Assembly (NCBI RefSeq): GCF_006345805.1
Contig: NC_043014.1
Location: 21,824,001-21,888,000, forward strand
Length of the DNA: 64,000 nt
Direction: 5' to 3'
Origin: Octopus sinensis
Taxonomy: Eukaryota
Within the stretch, counting starts at the first letter, position 1. Every line of letters starts with the position of its first letter. A program made the translations under genes and the position numbers. Of this stretch, positions 48,111 to 61,552 are shown in pieces. The notes below the pieces were generated by a model, which saw only the letters and a program-made list of their open reading frames with translations, did not search any database and was not told where the DNA came from.

Positions 48111-48112
<2 letters not shown>
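47440..48112 (-). mobile_element. Probable Penelope-like 3' remnant with degenerate hammerhead at 47582-47623
   Basis: ERINKENLFIEKFQMRLN resembles PLE endonuclease C-termini. Motif aaatc-TTGAAAA-t-ttgc[ctt]gcaa-t-GAAA-gccaga-TT-gattt. A similar C-terminus (ETLFITKYRPLLN) lies near 30190-30235 (-). Confidence 0.5.
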
Positions 48113-48157
<45 letters not shown>

Positions 48158-48168
48158 CATACATATAT

Positions 48169-51036
48169 GAGTACATCCTTGCCAGGAAAAGGGAAAGATG
48201 GCTGCTTATAAATGCCAAAACCTTCCCAGGCGAAGAATGTACCCCACAACATAGACTGGTAGTTAGTGACTTTAGGATCAGGACTAAGAGGATGACCAGA
48301 AGACGACCAACATGGAGAAGAAGGATCTGGAAGCTTAAAGATCCTGCAAATAGACAGAGATTTAGGGACATATTTTTTGAAGCCTTTGACGAAGAAGAAG
48401 GAGATATAGCTTCACATGGGGTAGAAGACAACTGGAGGATTCTAAGGGACAACCTGCTGAGAGCCACTGACCAGATCTGTGGCTGGTGCAAAGTCCCCTC
48501 TTGACCCAAAATAACGTGGTGGTGGAACAATGTTGTAGACAGGGCTATTAGAGAAAAGAGACAGGCTTGGAAGGAATGGAAGAATGGTGGTAGCAGGGAA
48601 TTGTATCAGACTGCCAAAAGAGAAGCTAGGAGACAGGTTTCTTTAGCCAGAGGGGAAGCAGATAAGAAAAAATTTGCCAATGTTCTGCACCGTGAGGACC
48701 AAAGACTTGAGGTATTTCGCGTTGCAAGACAGTGTGTGAGAGAGAATCGTGATGTGGTAGGAGAGAAATGTGTTCGCATGGATGATGGTTCACTTGCGCT
48801 AAATGAGGATGCAAAGAGAGAGGTTTGGAGACGCCACTATGAAAGGTTGCTGAATAAAGAAAATGAATGGGATAAAGCGAGTCTGCCGAATGTCGACCCA
48901 ACAGAGGGACCAGCTATCCAAGTTGACAGTTCCTTAGTAGTTAAGGCAATTAGAAGCATGGAGACAGGGAAAGCCCCAGGCCCATCAGGAATTACTGCAG
49001 AGACGCTCAAAATATCTAGTAGTGTCAGCTATAGCCTAGTCATCCGTATAGTTAACCAGGTGATACACGAAGGAGTCATTCCCAATGACTGGTGTAGCAG
49101 CATAATAGTCAACTGCTACAAAGGTAAAGGTGACACCCTAGATACAAATAATTACAGAGGTATCAAGCTGTTGGATCAGGTAATGAAGGTTACGGAGAGG
49201 GTCATAGCCCAACTAATTAGAGAAAGAGTTAGTTTAGATGAGATGCAGTTTGGGTTCGTGCCAGGGAAAAGCACCACTGATGCCATATTCCTGGTAAGAC
49301 AGTTGCAGGAGAAATATCTAGCCAAAGATAAGCCCCTGTACCTGGCTTTCGTTGACATGGAGAAAGCCTTCAACAGGGCCCCCCCGATCTGGTGGTCAAT
49401 GAGGAAACTAGGGATAGATGAATGGTTAGTGAGAGCTGTGCAAGCCATGTACAGGGACGCTGCTAGTAAGGTGAGGGTTGGCAATGAGTACAGTGAAGAA
49501 TTTCGGGTAGAGGTTGGGGTCCACCAAGGTTCAGTCCTCAGCCCCCTCCTATTTATCATAGTCCTCCTGGCAATAACAGAGGAATTCAAGACAGGATGCC
49601 CCTGGGAGCTCCTCTATGCTGATGACCTTGCTCTAATTGCTGAGTCACTATCAGAACTGGAGGAGAAATTTCAGGTGTGGAAGCAAGGATTAGAATCGAA
49701 GGGCCTTAGAGTCAACCTAGCTAAAACCAAAGTCCTAATAAGTAGGAAGGTAGACAAGTCACAAACGCCTTCTGGTAGATAGCCTTGCTTGATCTGTAGA
49801 AAAGGCGTAGGTAGAAACTCTATAAGATGCACCAAGTGTAAGCTATGGACACATAAGAGGTGCAGCCATGTCAAGGGAAGGCTAACTAGGAAGATAGTTT
49901 TTGTATGTGGCAGATGCTCAGGAGCAATAAACAACTGAAAATGCGCAGAGAGCAACTTCCGCCACATTCCAGGGAGAAAAACTAGAAGTTGTTGATAGCT
50001 TCCGTTACCTAGGTGACCAAGTCAGTAGTGGGGGCGGGTGTGTTGAAAGTGTAACTGCTAGAGTAAGAATAGCCTGGGCAAAGTTCAGAGAGCTCTTACC
50101 TCTGCTAGGGAAAAAAGGCCTCTCGCTCAGAGTAAAAGGCAGACTGTATGACGCATGTGTACGAATAGCCATGCTACATGGCAGTGAAACATGGGTCGTG
50201 ACAGCTGAGGATATGTGTAAGCTTGCAAGAAATGAAGCCAGTATGCTCCGATGGATGTGTAATGTCAGTGTTCATACTCGACAGAGTGTAAGTACCTTGA
50301 GAGAGAAGTTGGACCTAAGAAGCATCAGTTGTGGTGTGCAAGAGAGACGTTTGCGCTGGTATGGTCATGTGGCTAGAATGGATGAAGATAGTTGTGTGCA
50401 AAAGTGCCACACCCTAGTGGTTGAGGGAACCTGTGGAAGAGGTAGACCCAGGAAAACCAAGGATGAGGTGGTGAAGCACAACCTTCGAACTTTAGGTCTC
50501 ACTGAGGAAATGACTAGAGACCGAGCTCTTTGGAAGTATGCTGTGTGTGAGAAGACCCGGCAGGACAAGTGAGACCCATAACCCATGGCCTCTACCTGGG
50601 ATGTAGCTAGTCAACTTATGCATACCTTTCCTTCTTGGGACACAAAACTCTACTTGTGAAGACCTGTTGAGGCAAGTGAGAATCAGAATCAAAATCGAAA
50701 TCGATCAACATCAATGGAAATTGTAGCTGTGATACCAGTGCCGGTGGCACGTAAGTGAACCATCTGAACATAGCCGTTGCCAGCCCCCCATGCCAGTGGC
50801 AATAAAAAGCACCAGCCGATCGTGGCCGTATGCCAGCCCCGTCTGGCACCTGTGCTGGTGGCACGTAAAAAGCATCCACTACACTTTTGGCATGGTTGGC
50901 ATTAGGAAGGGCATCCAGCCGTAGAAACATTGCCAGATCAGACTGGGCCTGGTGCAGCCTTCTGGCCTCCCAGACCCCAGTTGAACCGTCTAACCCATGC
51001 TAGCATGGAAAGCGGATGCTAAATGATGATGATGAT
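48169..51036 (+). mobile_element. 5'-truncated RTE LINE, young but disabled
   Basis: End of APE domain (QHRLVVSD), RT (NYRGIKLL, QFGFVPGKSTTDAIF, GVHQGSVLSPLLF, LYADDL), PHD-like finger, C-terminus, 3'UTR and (GAT)n tail. Stops at 48502 and 49780, frameshift near 49935. Confidence 0.97.
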
Positions 51037-51156
51037 ATCACCATGATCACCGTGACCGACCAGGCTATCAGATGTTGCTACACATCGCTGGTCACAATGT
51101 GCTTTCCATTGTTTTAGCCTTCAAATGACGCCACATCGCTGGCTAAGCAAGCAGGC

Positions 51157-51187
51157 TATATACATATATATATATACATATTTTTAG

Positions 51188-51231
<44 letters not shown>

Positions 51232-51244
51232 TATATATATATGC

Positions 51245-51283
<39 letters not shown>

Positions 51284-51399
51284 ATATATATATATACATA
51301 TATATATATACATATATATATATACATATATATATGCATATATATATATGCTTATATATATATATATATACATATATATATGTGCACATATATATATGC

Positions 51400-51477
<78 letters not shown>

Positions 51478-51550
51478 TATATTTATATACATACATATAT
51501 ATACATATATATATATATATATACATATACACACACACACACACATGCAC
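51157..51550. repeat. Long (TA)n/(CA)n microsatellite
   Basis: Direct reading. Similar arrays at 36360-36600, 36880-37000, 38700-38900, 46845-47115, 47350-47440, 59690-59735 and 61430-61550. Confidence 0.95.
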
Positions 51551-52631
51551 ATCAAAAGGATCAAACGTCCATTCCAAGCCATAAGCTTATGAGATCAGTT
51601 TCCTGGATTCTGTGATGTATATATTCTTCCCCCACCCAACTGGATAGGACAGCAGTCCATTGCAGAATTCTTCCTCTTTAATAGCTGAGTGGACTGGAAC
51701 AATGTGGAATGAAGTGTTTTGCTCAAGAACACAATGTATTACCCAATCTAGGAATTGAAACCATAATCTTATGATCATGAGTGCAACAGCCTAATCACTA
51801 AGCTATGCATCGCCATATAACTATATATATGTGCATGTATTGCATATGCATGTTGTGTGTATGTTCGTATATATGTATATATAATATATATGTGTGTGTG
51901 TGTGTACTTATGTGTATGTATATATATGTATACACACACGTATGCATGTGTGTGTGTGTGTATAAATGTATTTAATACATACATTTTACGAGTTTATGTA
52001 AGAAACTGCTATGCAAATACCATTATCTTCAGTTTTTAAAAGCAAAATACATTGGGTAGACCCAAATTACCCCTGTATATAGTCAATTGGAAAAAAAAAG
52101 TAACAGAAACCCATAGAAAAGAGAAATAGAAGTAGATAAAACAGAAAGACAAGAGAGACTATAATTTTATCAATATCCAAGGAAGAAGAGAAGCAATGAA
52201 AGATAATATAATGATGATAAATAAATTAATACATAAATACATTAGCTGCAACCATAGACAGTAAGTAAAGAACAAACTAAATTATACTACCAAATTGAAG
52301 CAAACTAAGATATACTGATAAAATCTCAAGGAGTGTTGCTTTTAAGCATCACTCTTTTTCTCACTGAGTCATAAAGCTATAAATTTAAAAAAGTACTTAC
52401 TTATTAGGCCAATGCTCTATTATTATATTGAATTCGAAAGAAACATTTGTGTCTTTTGGATAAAATGTAGAATAATAAAAGGCAATAATACTGCTATGTC
52501 AATTAAAAGAATAAGTAATAACCATAGCTTTTAATTAATTCTAACAATAATGATATAAATATCAATGATAATATTGATTATACAACACCACTGCCGCTGT
52601 CACCACCAGCACCAGCAGCAACAACAACATC

Positions 52632-52695
<64 letters not shown>

Positions 52696-53239
52696 ACAAC
52701 AACAACAACAACAATATTTTATAAAGATTGATGCAACTCTTCACGAAGGTGAATAAACAATAAGAAGAGTGTGATTGTAATAGATTGTTTATTGGTTTGA
52801 ACGATACTAACCCAAATTCAAAATGTAAAATGAAGAAACATAAATTCAAAAATACGAACAAGGAAATCTCGCATTCCCACTTTGATAGAATGACATCATT
52901 AATCTTCAATTTTGCAACTGACAAAAAGAAAAAGAAGGGTAAAAGAAAAACATTGACCTCAGTGCTCAATTGGTACTTATTTTATCAACTCTGAAAGGAT
53001 GAAAGGCATAAATGGCCCTTCATCTTGACTGTAGCTTCACTCAGTTGAAGGGAGTCCTTAGTTTGGCAACCTAACTAGTGCTGGTGCTAAAAAAAAAAAA
53101 AATTTGAATTCAGAACTTAAAGACAGATGAAATTCTGCTAAACATTTTGCTCAGCATGCTAATGATCCTGTCAGCTTGTACCTTCTATAATAACAACAAC
53201 AACAACAACAATAATAATAATAATAATAATAATAAATGA

Positions 53240-53736
53240 TCTTAACTGATTGGAAGTGTTATCATGTACATTGTTTTGTCTTGGTATAAAAGTTGGGCTA
53301 CAGCAAATATTCTGCTCAATACCACAGATTTGCTTGTCAGTTGTTTGACCGTAACCAGTTGAGCATGTCCCTTAGCGGCTGACGATATGTGCATCTCTGA
53401 TCACGAGCAGAAGTAGTGGGGGAGCATCATAGCCGTGTGTTGAGAGGGATTCTTTGGGGTTTGAATAATTCACCTCTGGAAACATCCTTAAACAACCCTT
53501 ATTCAGGGACCTTTTGAGCGGGATGGGCTACTCAACCTGAAGAAAATTCTAACTGGGCCCCACCTGCAAGGTCATGTGCTGTTTATCTTGATATGAGATC
53601 ACCATGTCGCGCACATATGGTTGTGATGCATGTGCCTGGTGTACCCTTATCAAACGGGTAGTCATGATGGGTATATTGGGCTTCGTATATTTTACCCCAG
53701 TATCACTTTGATGGCATGAACTGCTCTCTCACTCAA
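53240..53736. mobile_element. Unclassified interspersed repeat flanked on both sides by (AAT)n
   Basis: (AAT)n at ~53210-53235 and 53736-53800. A partial second copy lies at ~30856-31025. Confidence 0.6.
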
Positions 53737-53771
53737 TAATAATAATAACAATAATAATAATGATGATGATG

Positions 53772-53806
<35 letters not shown>

Positions 53807-55937
53807 CTCTTTTATTTGCCACCAGGGTAAAAGCTGAGGAGTACAATGCAAGCATGGACATAAAATGCAGGGATTTATCAAGTATGCATGATATACAATA
53901 TTAACCAAAGAAAAGTATACATGGAATACATCAGTAAAATAAAAAGAAAAAAAGATGGGAGTGATGTTATTTTCTTGATACTGGAGGATCTCTAGGGCTG
54001 ATTAAGGGACCTCACCATCCAAGATTCCCTAAACATCAAGAGCAAGTACTTTCTTTAATTTTTGTTCTCCAACTCAAAAGTTTGTACACCAATGACAAAC
54101 ACCAACCCTTTCACTAACATTTTGGCCAAAATCTTAACCTTTGGGTTTAACAGTTATGGGCCCAAATTTCCTATTACATTCCATTTGACATTGTCCTTTT
54201 TCAGCAGCATTACTACTCCCAATTTGTGTTTTGTGCAACCACTCATCACCTTTCATATTTCAGCATGTGTTGTCAGCTTTTCACAGAACCTTATGTCTAT
54301 TACCAAGAGCTGCAACAGGGCATCTGGGTATGAACTAAAGTCCACTACCATTGCTGACCTATTGATTTCTCCAAATAGTCATAGGAAGTGCTACTGAAAA
54401 GCTGCACTCATCTGCCCAGAACCTGGAATGATGTGATTAGGAAGCAAAGTTCTTACCATATAGCCACGCCTAGCATTTAGTAAACCCTCAGATGTCTTGG
54501 GAGTGTTTTTATTTTAGGACAAAATAAGTCTCAGAATCAGTCTATATAAGCAGTCTGTCAGAAAGTGTTTTCAGGAGGAGTACAACACATCTCTCCCTAC
54601 TTGAAGTTGATAAAGAAAATATGAGCTTAGCATGTGACAGTCATGTTGTTGTTCCAGTGTTTGTTTTTGTGATTTCTTGTGAATTTGTGGTTGTGAATGT
54701 GCTTGTAAGAATTGGTTTTGTTGTTGTTTTGATGTTGCTGATATTTTTGGTGTATGATTTTGTGATGGTGCTGTTGTTCCAGAAATCCTTGAACCATGAA
54801 ATTTGAGCAACCTTTCTGGACTTTACACCATCACAAAATCACACACACAAACAAATGCCCACATGCACGCATACACACACACACACACATACCATGCACA
54901 CACACACACAAGTTCATTTTCAAGGCTTCGGTTGACCTGGTGTAGACAACACTTACCCAAGGTGCTGCGAGACTAAACCTGATACCACATCGTTGGGAAA
55001 CATATCATCATCATCATCATCATCATCTTCAGCAGCAGCAGCATTATCATCTTCATCACCATTTAATATCCATGTCCCATGCTGGCATGAGATGGATGGT
55101 CAGATAGCATCCAAAGATTTCAAAGACTGCATTGTATTCCAATACCTGCTTCGGCATGGTTTCTATGGCTGGAAGTCCTTCCTAACATTTTACAGCATGT
55201 ATTGGGTGCTTTTTTTTTTTTTAGCAACAGCACTAGTTAGGTTGCCAAACTAAGGACTCCCTTCAACTGAGTGAAGCTACAGTCAAGAGGAAGGGCCATT
55301 TACGCTACAAGAAGGATTAAAGTGTGAGAGAAAGGACTTAACAGTACAAACTTCTTGCTGTTGAGGAGCTACATGGCTATTCCCATGGCGTGGTCAGGAT
55401 GGAGCAGAAAAAAGATAAAACTTGTGATGATGAGGTGGACCTTCAAGATATGAGGTTAGGATAAGTGATGATGAGGTGGACCTTCAAGATATGAGGTTAG
55501 GATAAGTGAGAAGGGACAGAAGAACAGGAAGTGTTGGTGGGTGAAGGTTACAAGAATGTGTGGGAGATGGTTAGAGATGGAGAATGAGTAAGAGGGTGAA
55601 ATATAAGGAAGAACAAGTGCTGAGAGACGGTAAGTAGGAAAGAGTAGGTGACAACTGTAGAAATTGGTTAAGGTTGAGAAGTGGAAGTAGTGAATAGGGA
55701 ATAATGGGTGAGGGTGACCAAGAATACATATGAGTTGGAGAAAGGTTGGTTGGAGAGAGGAGAAGAGATGACTGACAGTGCAGACAGTGGGAGTGAAGAA
55801 CAACAGAATAGTAATAATGATATAGTAAACAAGGGAAGGATGAGTGAGAATGAGAGGAAGGTGTCAAGTGGTTAGGTAGGTTGTAAGAGAGCAAGGGGGA
55901 AAGATAGCATAATAAATAGGGAAGAGGGAGAGGTGTA

Positions 55938-57112
55938 TTTAATTTAATTTTAATTTAATTTTAATTTAATTTTTAATTTAATTTAATTTTTTGGCTCAAA
56001 AAGCAAAAGCAAGGCCATGTAGGGGGACATGGAGTTATGTACAGGGAGGGTGTTCATACAAAGAGTTCAGGCCATTTCTGGTCAAGAGAGACTTTGAACC
56101 AAGCGGTCGTCGGCATCTTATTCCATGGATCCACAACCCGGACGGAGAAAGCCCCTCTCCTTCAATTGAGATGAAATCGTCGTTGATAGAGCTTTTTGGA
56201 GTGACCCTGCAGCCCACGCTCTGGAGCAGGAGTGAAGAACAGCTCTTTCAAGAGGTTACACTTTCTGCTTATGATGTTGTGAGCAAGAATGAGATCACCA
56301 CAGCGGCGGCGTTTTTCTAGAGAATAAAGGTCGAGTGTCTTCAGCCTTTCTTCATAAGACAAATGCTTGAGACCAAGAACCATGTGGGTAGCCAGCTTCT
56401 GGACTCTTTCGAGATGATGTATGTCTTTGAGGAGATAAGGACAAGAGGCTTGAATCCCGTACTCCAATATGGGTCTCACCAGCATGACATAGAGCGGTAG
56501 GAATATGGCTGCTGTGAGCATTCCGAATGACCGTCGAATCTAAAACAGAACTCCGCGTGCTTTGTTGGCAGCATGGACGCATTGGGCCGAAGGTGAAAAG
56601 GAAGAATCCACCAAGAAACCCAGGTCCTTTACTTGGTCGGTCTTCTCCAGCAGCAGACGAACCTGAGTTGCAGGAGAGGAGCCAACAGGCAGATGACAAC
56701 ACTTTGACACGTTCAGACACAGGTCCCATTCGTTTGACCATCTCCAAACTTGGTGGAGGCATCGACGAAGATCATCTATATCACTGCGAGGAGCAACCAG
56801 TTTGACATCGTCGGCAAATAGAAGGATGTGTTGCATGAGGTCGTCGGGCAAGTCATTGATGAAGACTAAAAACAATAACAGCCCAAGCACTGAACCTTGA
56901 GGCATGCCACTGCTCACACTGGAGACGTCGGACAGCATACCATTAACTTGGACTTGGAAGGAGCGATCTGAGAGGAAGGCACCAATCCATTGTACAATAT
57001 CTGGATGGAAACTATATGCTTGAAGCTTGACAAGTAATAGGCGGTGGTTAACCGAGTCAAAAGCTTTGGCAAAGTCCAATAAAATGATGTCAACAGCATC
57101 ACCATCATCCAG
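55938..57112 (-). mobile_element. 5'-truncated CR1-like LINE
   Basis: LDFAKAFDSVNH, SGMPQGSVLG, LFADDVKL, LVRPILEYG, LERVQKLAT, LSYEERLKTLDLYSLEKRR. (ATTAA)n tail. Confidence 0.92.
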
Positions 57113-58231
57113 TGTATGGTGATGGGGAGAGATAATTCGCTGGTTGAGGAAGGTGATCAATGTTAAGTATTGGTGGAGAAGACAGTACTAAAAATGATTG
57201 CAAGATATGAAGGGAAATATTTCTGGCTGATTAAAAAGATAGGTGGTGGTATCAGGAAAAGCTAGTGAAGTATGCAGTCCTGCTCACATTTAATTACAGC
57301 AGCAGGTTATTTCAGCTAGAGATGATGGGTGTTGGAGATGAAAACCAGATTTAGGCCCTGAGAGATCCAGGGCACTTCAAGTTTGGTGGGTTACTCATAT
57401 ATTGGTTTCAAATTTTGGTAGAAGGTCAGCAATTTTGGGGGAAGGGATAAGTTTCACCCCACATCTTTACTACTATATCCTACTACAATGCCTACAAAAT
57501 GTCTTTTGTTCTACACTTGACATCTAAAAACATTTTTAATGATTTCCTCAAACTGTATCATCTTTAGAACTCTGTCCTCTTAATCCAAAAGGCACAGAGT
57601 ACTTAATCTTTCAAACATCATTGTGACTCTCAGAAAATCCATCAGTCTCAATTTACTGAACAACTGGTGACCATCTAGCTCAAATACATCCTAAGAGCTT
57701 CAAGACTTGGAAAGGTATCAACAAGCCCTTCATGATGGATTAAAAGTGCCTATTGACATGGAGTGAGACATGACCTTAACTTACAAAAGGCTGAAAACTA
57801 TACAATTTCTTTAATGAACACATAGCTAATATCACAGGGAAAGCAGTGATGAGTTTTCACAGCTTCAGATTTTATCTCAAGTAGACTGCTATACTCAAGA
57901 AGACCCACCCACCACAATAGAATTGAGATCCTAAAACCAAAGTGCCACATAAAATGCATTTGTGTCACATAAAAAGCACTGGTGTCACATAAAAAGCACT
58001 GGTGATGGCCCCACATAAAAAGCACCCAATACACACTGCAAAGTGGTTGGCATTAAGAAGGGTATTCAGCTGTGGAAACCAAGCAAAAGCTGACAATGGA
58101 ACCTAGTGTAGCCCCTGGCCTTGTCAGTTCCTGTCAAGCTATCCAACCCATGCAAGTATGGAAACTGGACATTAAATTATGATGATGAGATGATGGTGGT
58201 GGTAGTGGTGGTGGTGGTGATGATGATGATG

Positions 58232-58330
58232 TAAACTACATAAGTTGACTGTGACTTTGAACTTTTGCACTGATTGGTAGGCTACCAATCAGTGCAAAAG
58301 TTCAAAGTCATAGTCAACTTATGTAGTTTA
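58232..58330. repeat. 99-bp near-perfect hairpin (49-bp arms, 1-nt centre)
   Basis: taaactacataagttgactgtgactttgaacttttgcactgattggtag-g-ctaccaatcagtgcaaaagttcaaagtcatagtcaacttatgtagttta, one mismatch. Confidence 0.95.
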
Positions 58331-58511
58331 TAAGCCTCATGCAAAGCACTGCACAGGGTTCCCTACAGACATAACCATCTCACAAACAGAAATAATGGTG
58401 GCGCCCCAGCATAGCTGCAAGCCATGCTGGGGCACCACTCCTGGGCTGAAACTAGAATCAGATTATAACTAAAAAATTTAAATTCTAAAATGACCAAAAA
58501 CATAGAATATA

Positions 58512-59346
58512 AAATCTGTTCAGTTTTGCTCACAGATTTTTTAATTATATTTTTTTTAACTAAACAGTTTGAAACTTCGTATACTGGTGTATTTTCTCAT
58601 GCTGAACACCGTTCACTTTCTACATTTTTGAAGAACTTCTGGGTCATCTCTCCTAAATGTCGCCACTCTGTTCTATTCATATGTCAAGTGAAGGGCAAAA
58701 AGAAACTGTTGCTCCTTCGTCATAGCTGACACAAAAGAGAAGCTTTCAGCTGCATGAAAGACAATGCCACCTTTATCCTTTCTTCCTTTCTAGTCAGCAC
58801 TATGCATTCCTTACTCTTTCCCTCTCTACTGGCAGACAGCCACTTTTATACTATCAACTACCAACCAGTGAGCGAACTTGTTACTGCCACTACAATTACT
58901 GCTGTATCTCTAACTACATGTCAGACAAACTGATAAATATATGTAAATAATATTTCTTCTTTCTTGGTGTTGATTCTTTGATGTTTACTGGTTACTCTGA
59001 TGCAAGAACCAAAAAAAAGTGTGTAATATGCAACACAAGCAGTAAACAAAAATAAGACAGAACAGAATGGTGACATTTAGTAGAGATGACCCAGAAGTTG
59101 TTCCTCTTCAATTACTATCACAAACAGCAGTAGTTTTCTTCAACTGAATACATATCGTTGATTGGTTAAAATCACCCAAATATGACAACTTTAACATGAA
59201 ATAACTTCTAAAATATAAAATTTTGTCAAAGATGTTGAAAGTAAAACGTGTTCAGCATGAGAAATTACACCAGTATATGAAGTTTCAAACTGTTTAGCTA
59301 CATAAAAATAATTTTTTAAAATCTGTGAATGAAATTGAACAGATCC
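58512..59346. mobile_element. Older relative of the GGATC-ended MITE family
   Basis: ~110-130-bp imperfect TIRs sharing AAACTTCGTATACTGGT with the younger family. Right end gaacagatcc. Confidence 0.7.
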
Positions 59347-59692
59347 AAATTTTCAAATCTTATTCAACTTCATTTAAGATTTCCCCTCTCTAGGATAGTT
59401 GCCAAAATGTTACAACTATTGGCCTATGAATGACATAAACAAACCATAGGATGCATGTTTCTGCATTGTTGCACATGGTCAGTTATAAAAAGTAAGCTGT
59501 CATTCAGAGCCACTAAAAATAGGTTGTTCTTATAGAAGAGCAAATAGGTTGTTCTTATAGAAGAGCAAATAGTATATTTGCTGATGAGCACAAAGCTTTG
59601 TCTAGCTGGAATTTATTTATTGGAGGTGCACTAAGCAGTATTGAATGAAATATATCATTTGTTATTCTGAGAGGGATAGGAGAATTTCATAC

Positions 59693-59738
<46 letters not shown>

Positions 59739-61447
59739 TTATTATGAATGTCGCACATGGTTACAGCAGATAATTTTATTGTGGTCAAAATGACAGAAAG
59801 TAAACATTTTTTATAGGAACTGGCAGGAATGAGTTACTACTTTCAGTATTCATTCAGCTAAACATCTGCTTTTTATGAAATCAGTAGGATATACAGTTTT
59901 GATTCAGGTTTGCTTAATCTGTGTAGGAAAAAAATACGTGTAAGCTGTGTCAGTTTGAATCAATCTGTCATATCAATGTCAAAAATGAACTGTATAGCTC
60001 AAAACAAGCTGTGCTCAAGTTCTCACATTAGCTTTGAACGTGAGTTGCATAATATGAAACAAGATATGGTCAGTTTGTTGTATCTTGGTCAGTTGTGAAT
60101 TATACAGCTTAAAACCAGCTGTGTTTAAATTGTTGCATTAGAATCTAATGTGAGCTATGTAATTCATGAATGTTATTGTATCATGGGATAACTACAGAAA
60201 TAAAGCTGGAGAAATTTGTCATATTGAGTGTGATAAATAAGCTGAAAACTGGAAATAATCTGTGTGCCTTCTCTACTCAATACGTGACTGGAGAGAAGCA
60301 AATCTGTAGTAGTAGTGCACAGCAAAGTTGTATAGTCCTGTAAAGTTGTAGGTTTCTGCTATAGTCAGATAAGGAAAACATTGGTGAAAGTTACTGAAGC
60401 AAGAGCAATGAAGGTGGGGCTCTATGTGATATAACCTGAAATACAATATTATCCAATTGTTCTATCAAGATGGAAGCCATGATTTTCTGTTGGGGTAAGG
60501 AGCATGTGGAAACAAAGTTTGCTGTTTTTTTCATAGTATTGTAGGCTTAGAACAGTCCATTGTCTGATCTAGTTCATTTCTTGTATAACTTTGACTACTA
60601 TAGTATTAATATTAAGGGATATTCGATTCACTGGTGCTTCAAAGCTTGTGTTTTTGGACTATCAACAAATTATTTTAATTGAGAAGAATGCAGTTTTGGC
60701 TGCAGTAATCATGTGGATCTGAAGTTAACTTTTTAACCAAACAGCCATGCCTACACACACATAAATATGCAACAAAAATATTTTATGTTGGTGTTGATAG
60801 ATAGAGGAATAAAAATTTATATGAAGTTCCAAATACAAAATATTTATTATCATTAACAAAACAATGTGTCATTGCGACAAACAACAGAAAAAAGATGTTT
60901 ACACCAAGTGACGCAGTTCAGCAATTTGTGCAGGATATGTATCAGTACTGACAGTTTACAGTAACAGTGGTTGAATAGTGTAACTGAAGTTAAGTGACAT
61001 AAGTTCATGCAGCCATAGGTCTTGGCTAGGCTGCAACCTCTGATGTTGTTGTCATATTCTGTAGCTGAGGTTGAGTGGTATAAGTTTGTGCAGCCATTGG
61101 TTTTGGTAGGGCTACAACCGCAGGCTAGTTGGCAGATAAACAAATCTATATATAGTCAAGGTCTGTCAAAGAAAAGGTACTAAAGACAAAATTGTTAATG
61201 ACATACTGTTTCTGCCAGAGGTTTGAGTGATCAGTTGTTTGCTGATGTCATAAATCTTTGGCAGAATCTTATCTGTGTTGTTTAGTTATCATACATCTGA
61301 ATAAAAATGATAGTTTGATTTCTTGGTAATGAGTTGGTGCTTGGGGTTCTCATGGTAAATATCACAGTATTCTGTGTTCTAACACAACATCCACTATCAA
61401 GCGGGGGTAAATATTACCTTTTCATGCATAAACACATATATGTATAC

Positions 61448-61481
<34 letters not shown>

Positions 61482-61510
61482 TTGTGTGTAAATGTATATA
61501 TGTGTGTATG

Positions 61511-61552
<42 letters not shown>

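Noticed and set aside
55424-55508. 41-bp tandem duplication, also 25 bp at ~59517-59570 and ~80 bp at ~60990-61120
   Set aside because: Ordinary local slippage duplications with no sign of function.
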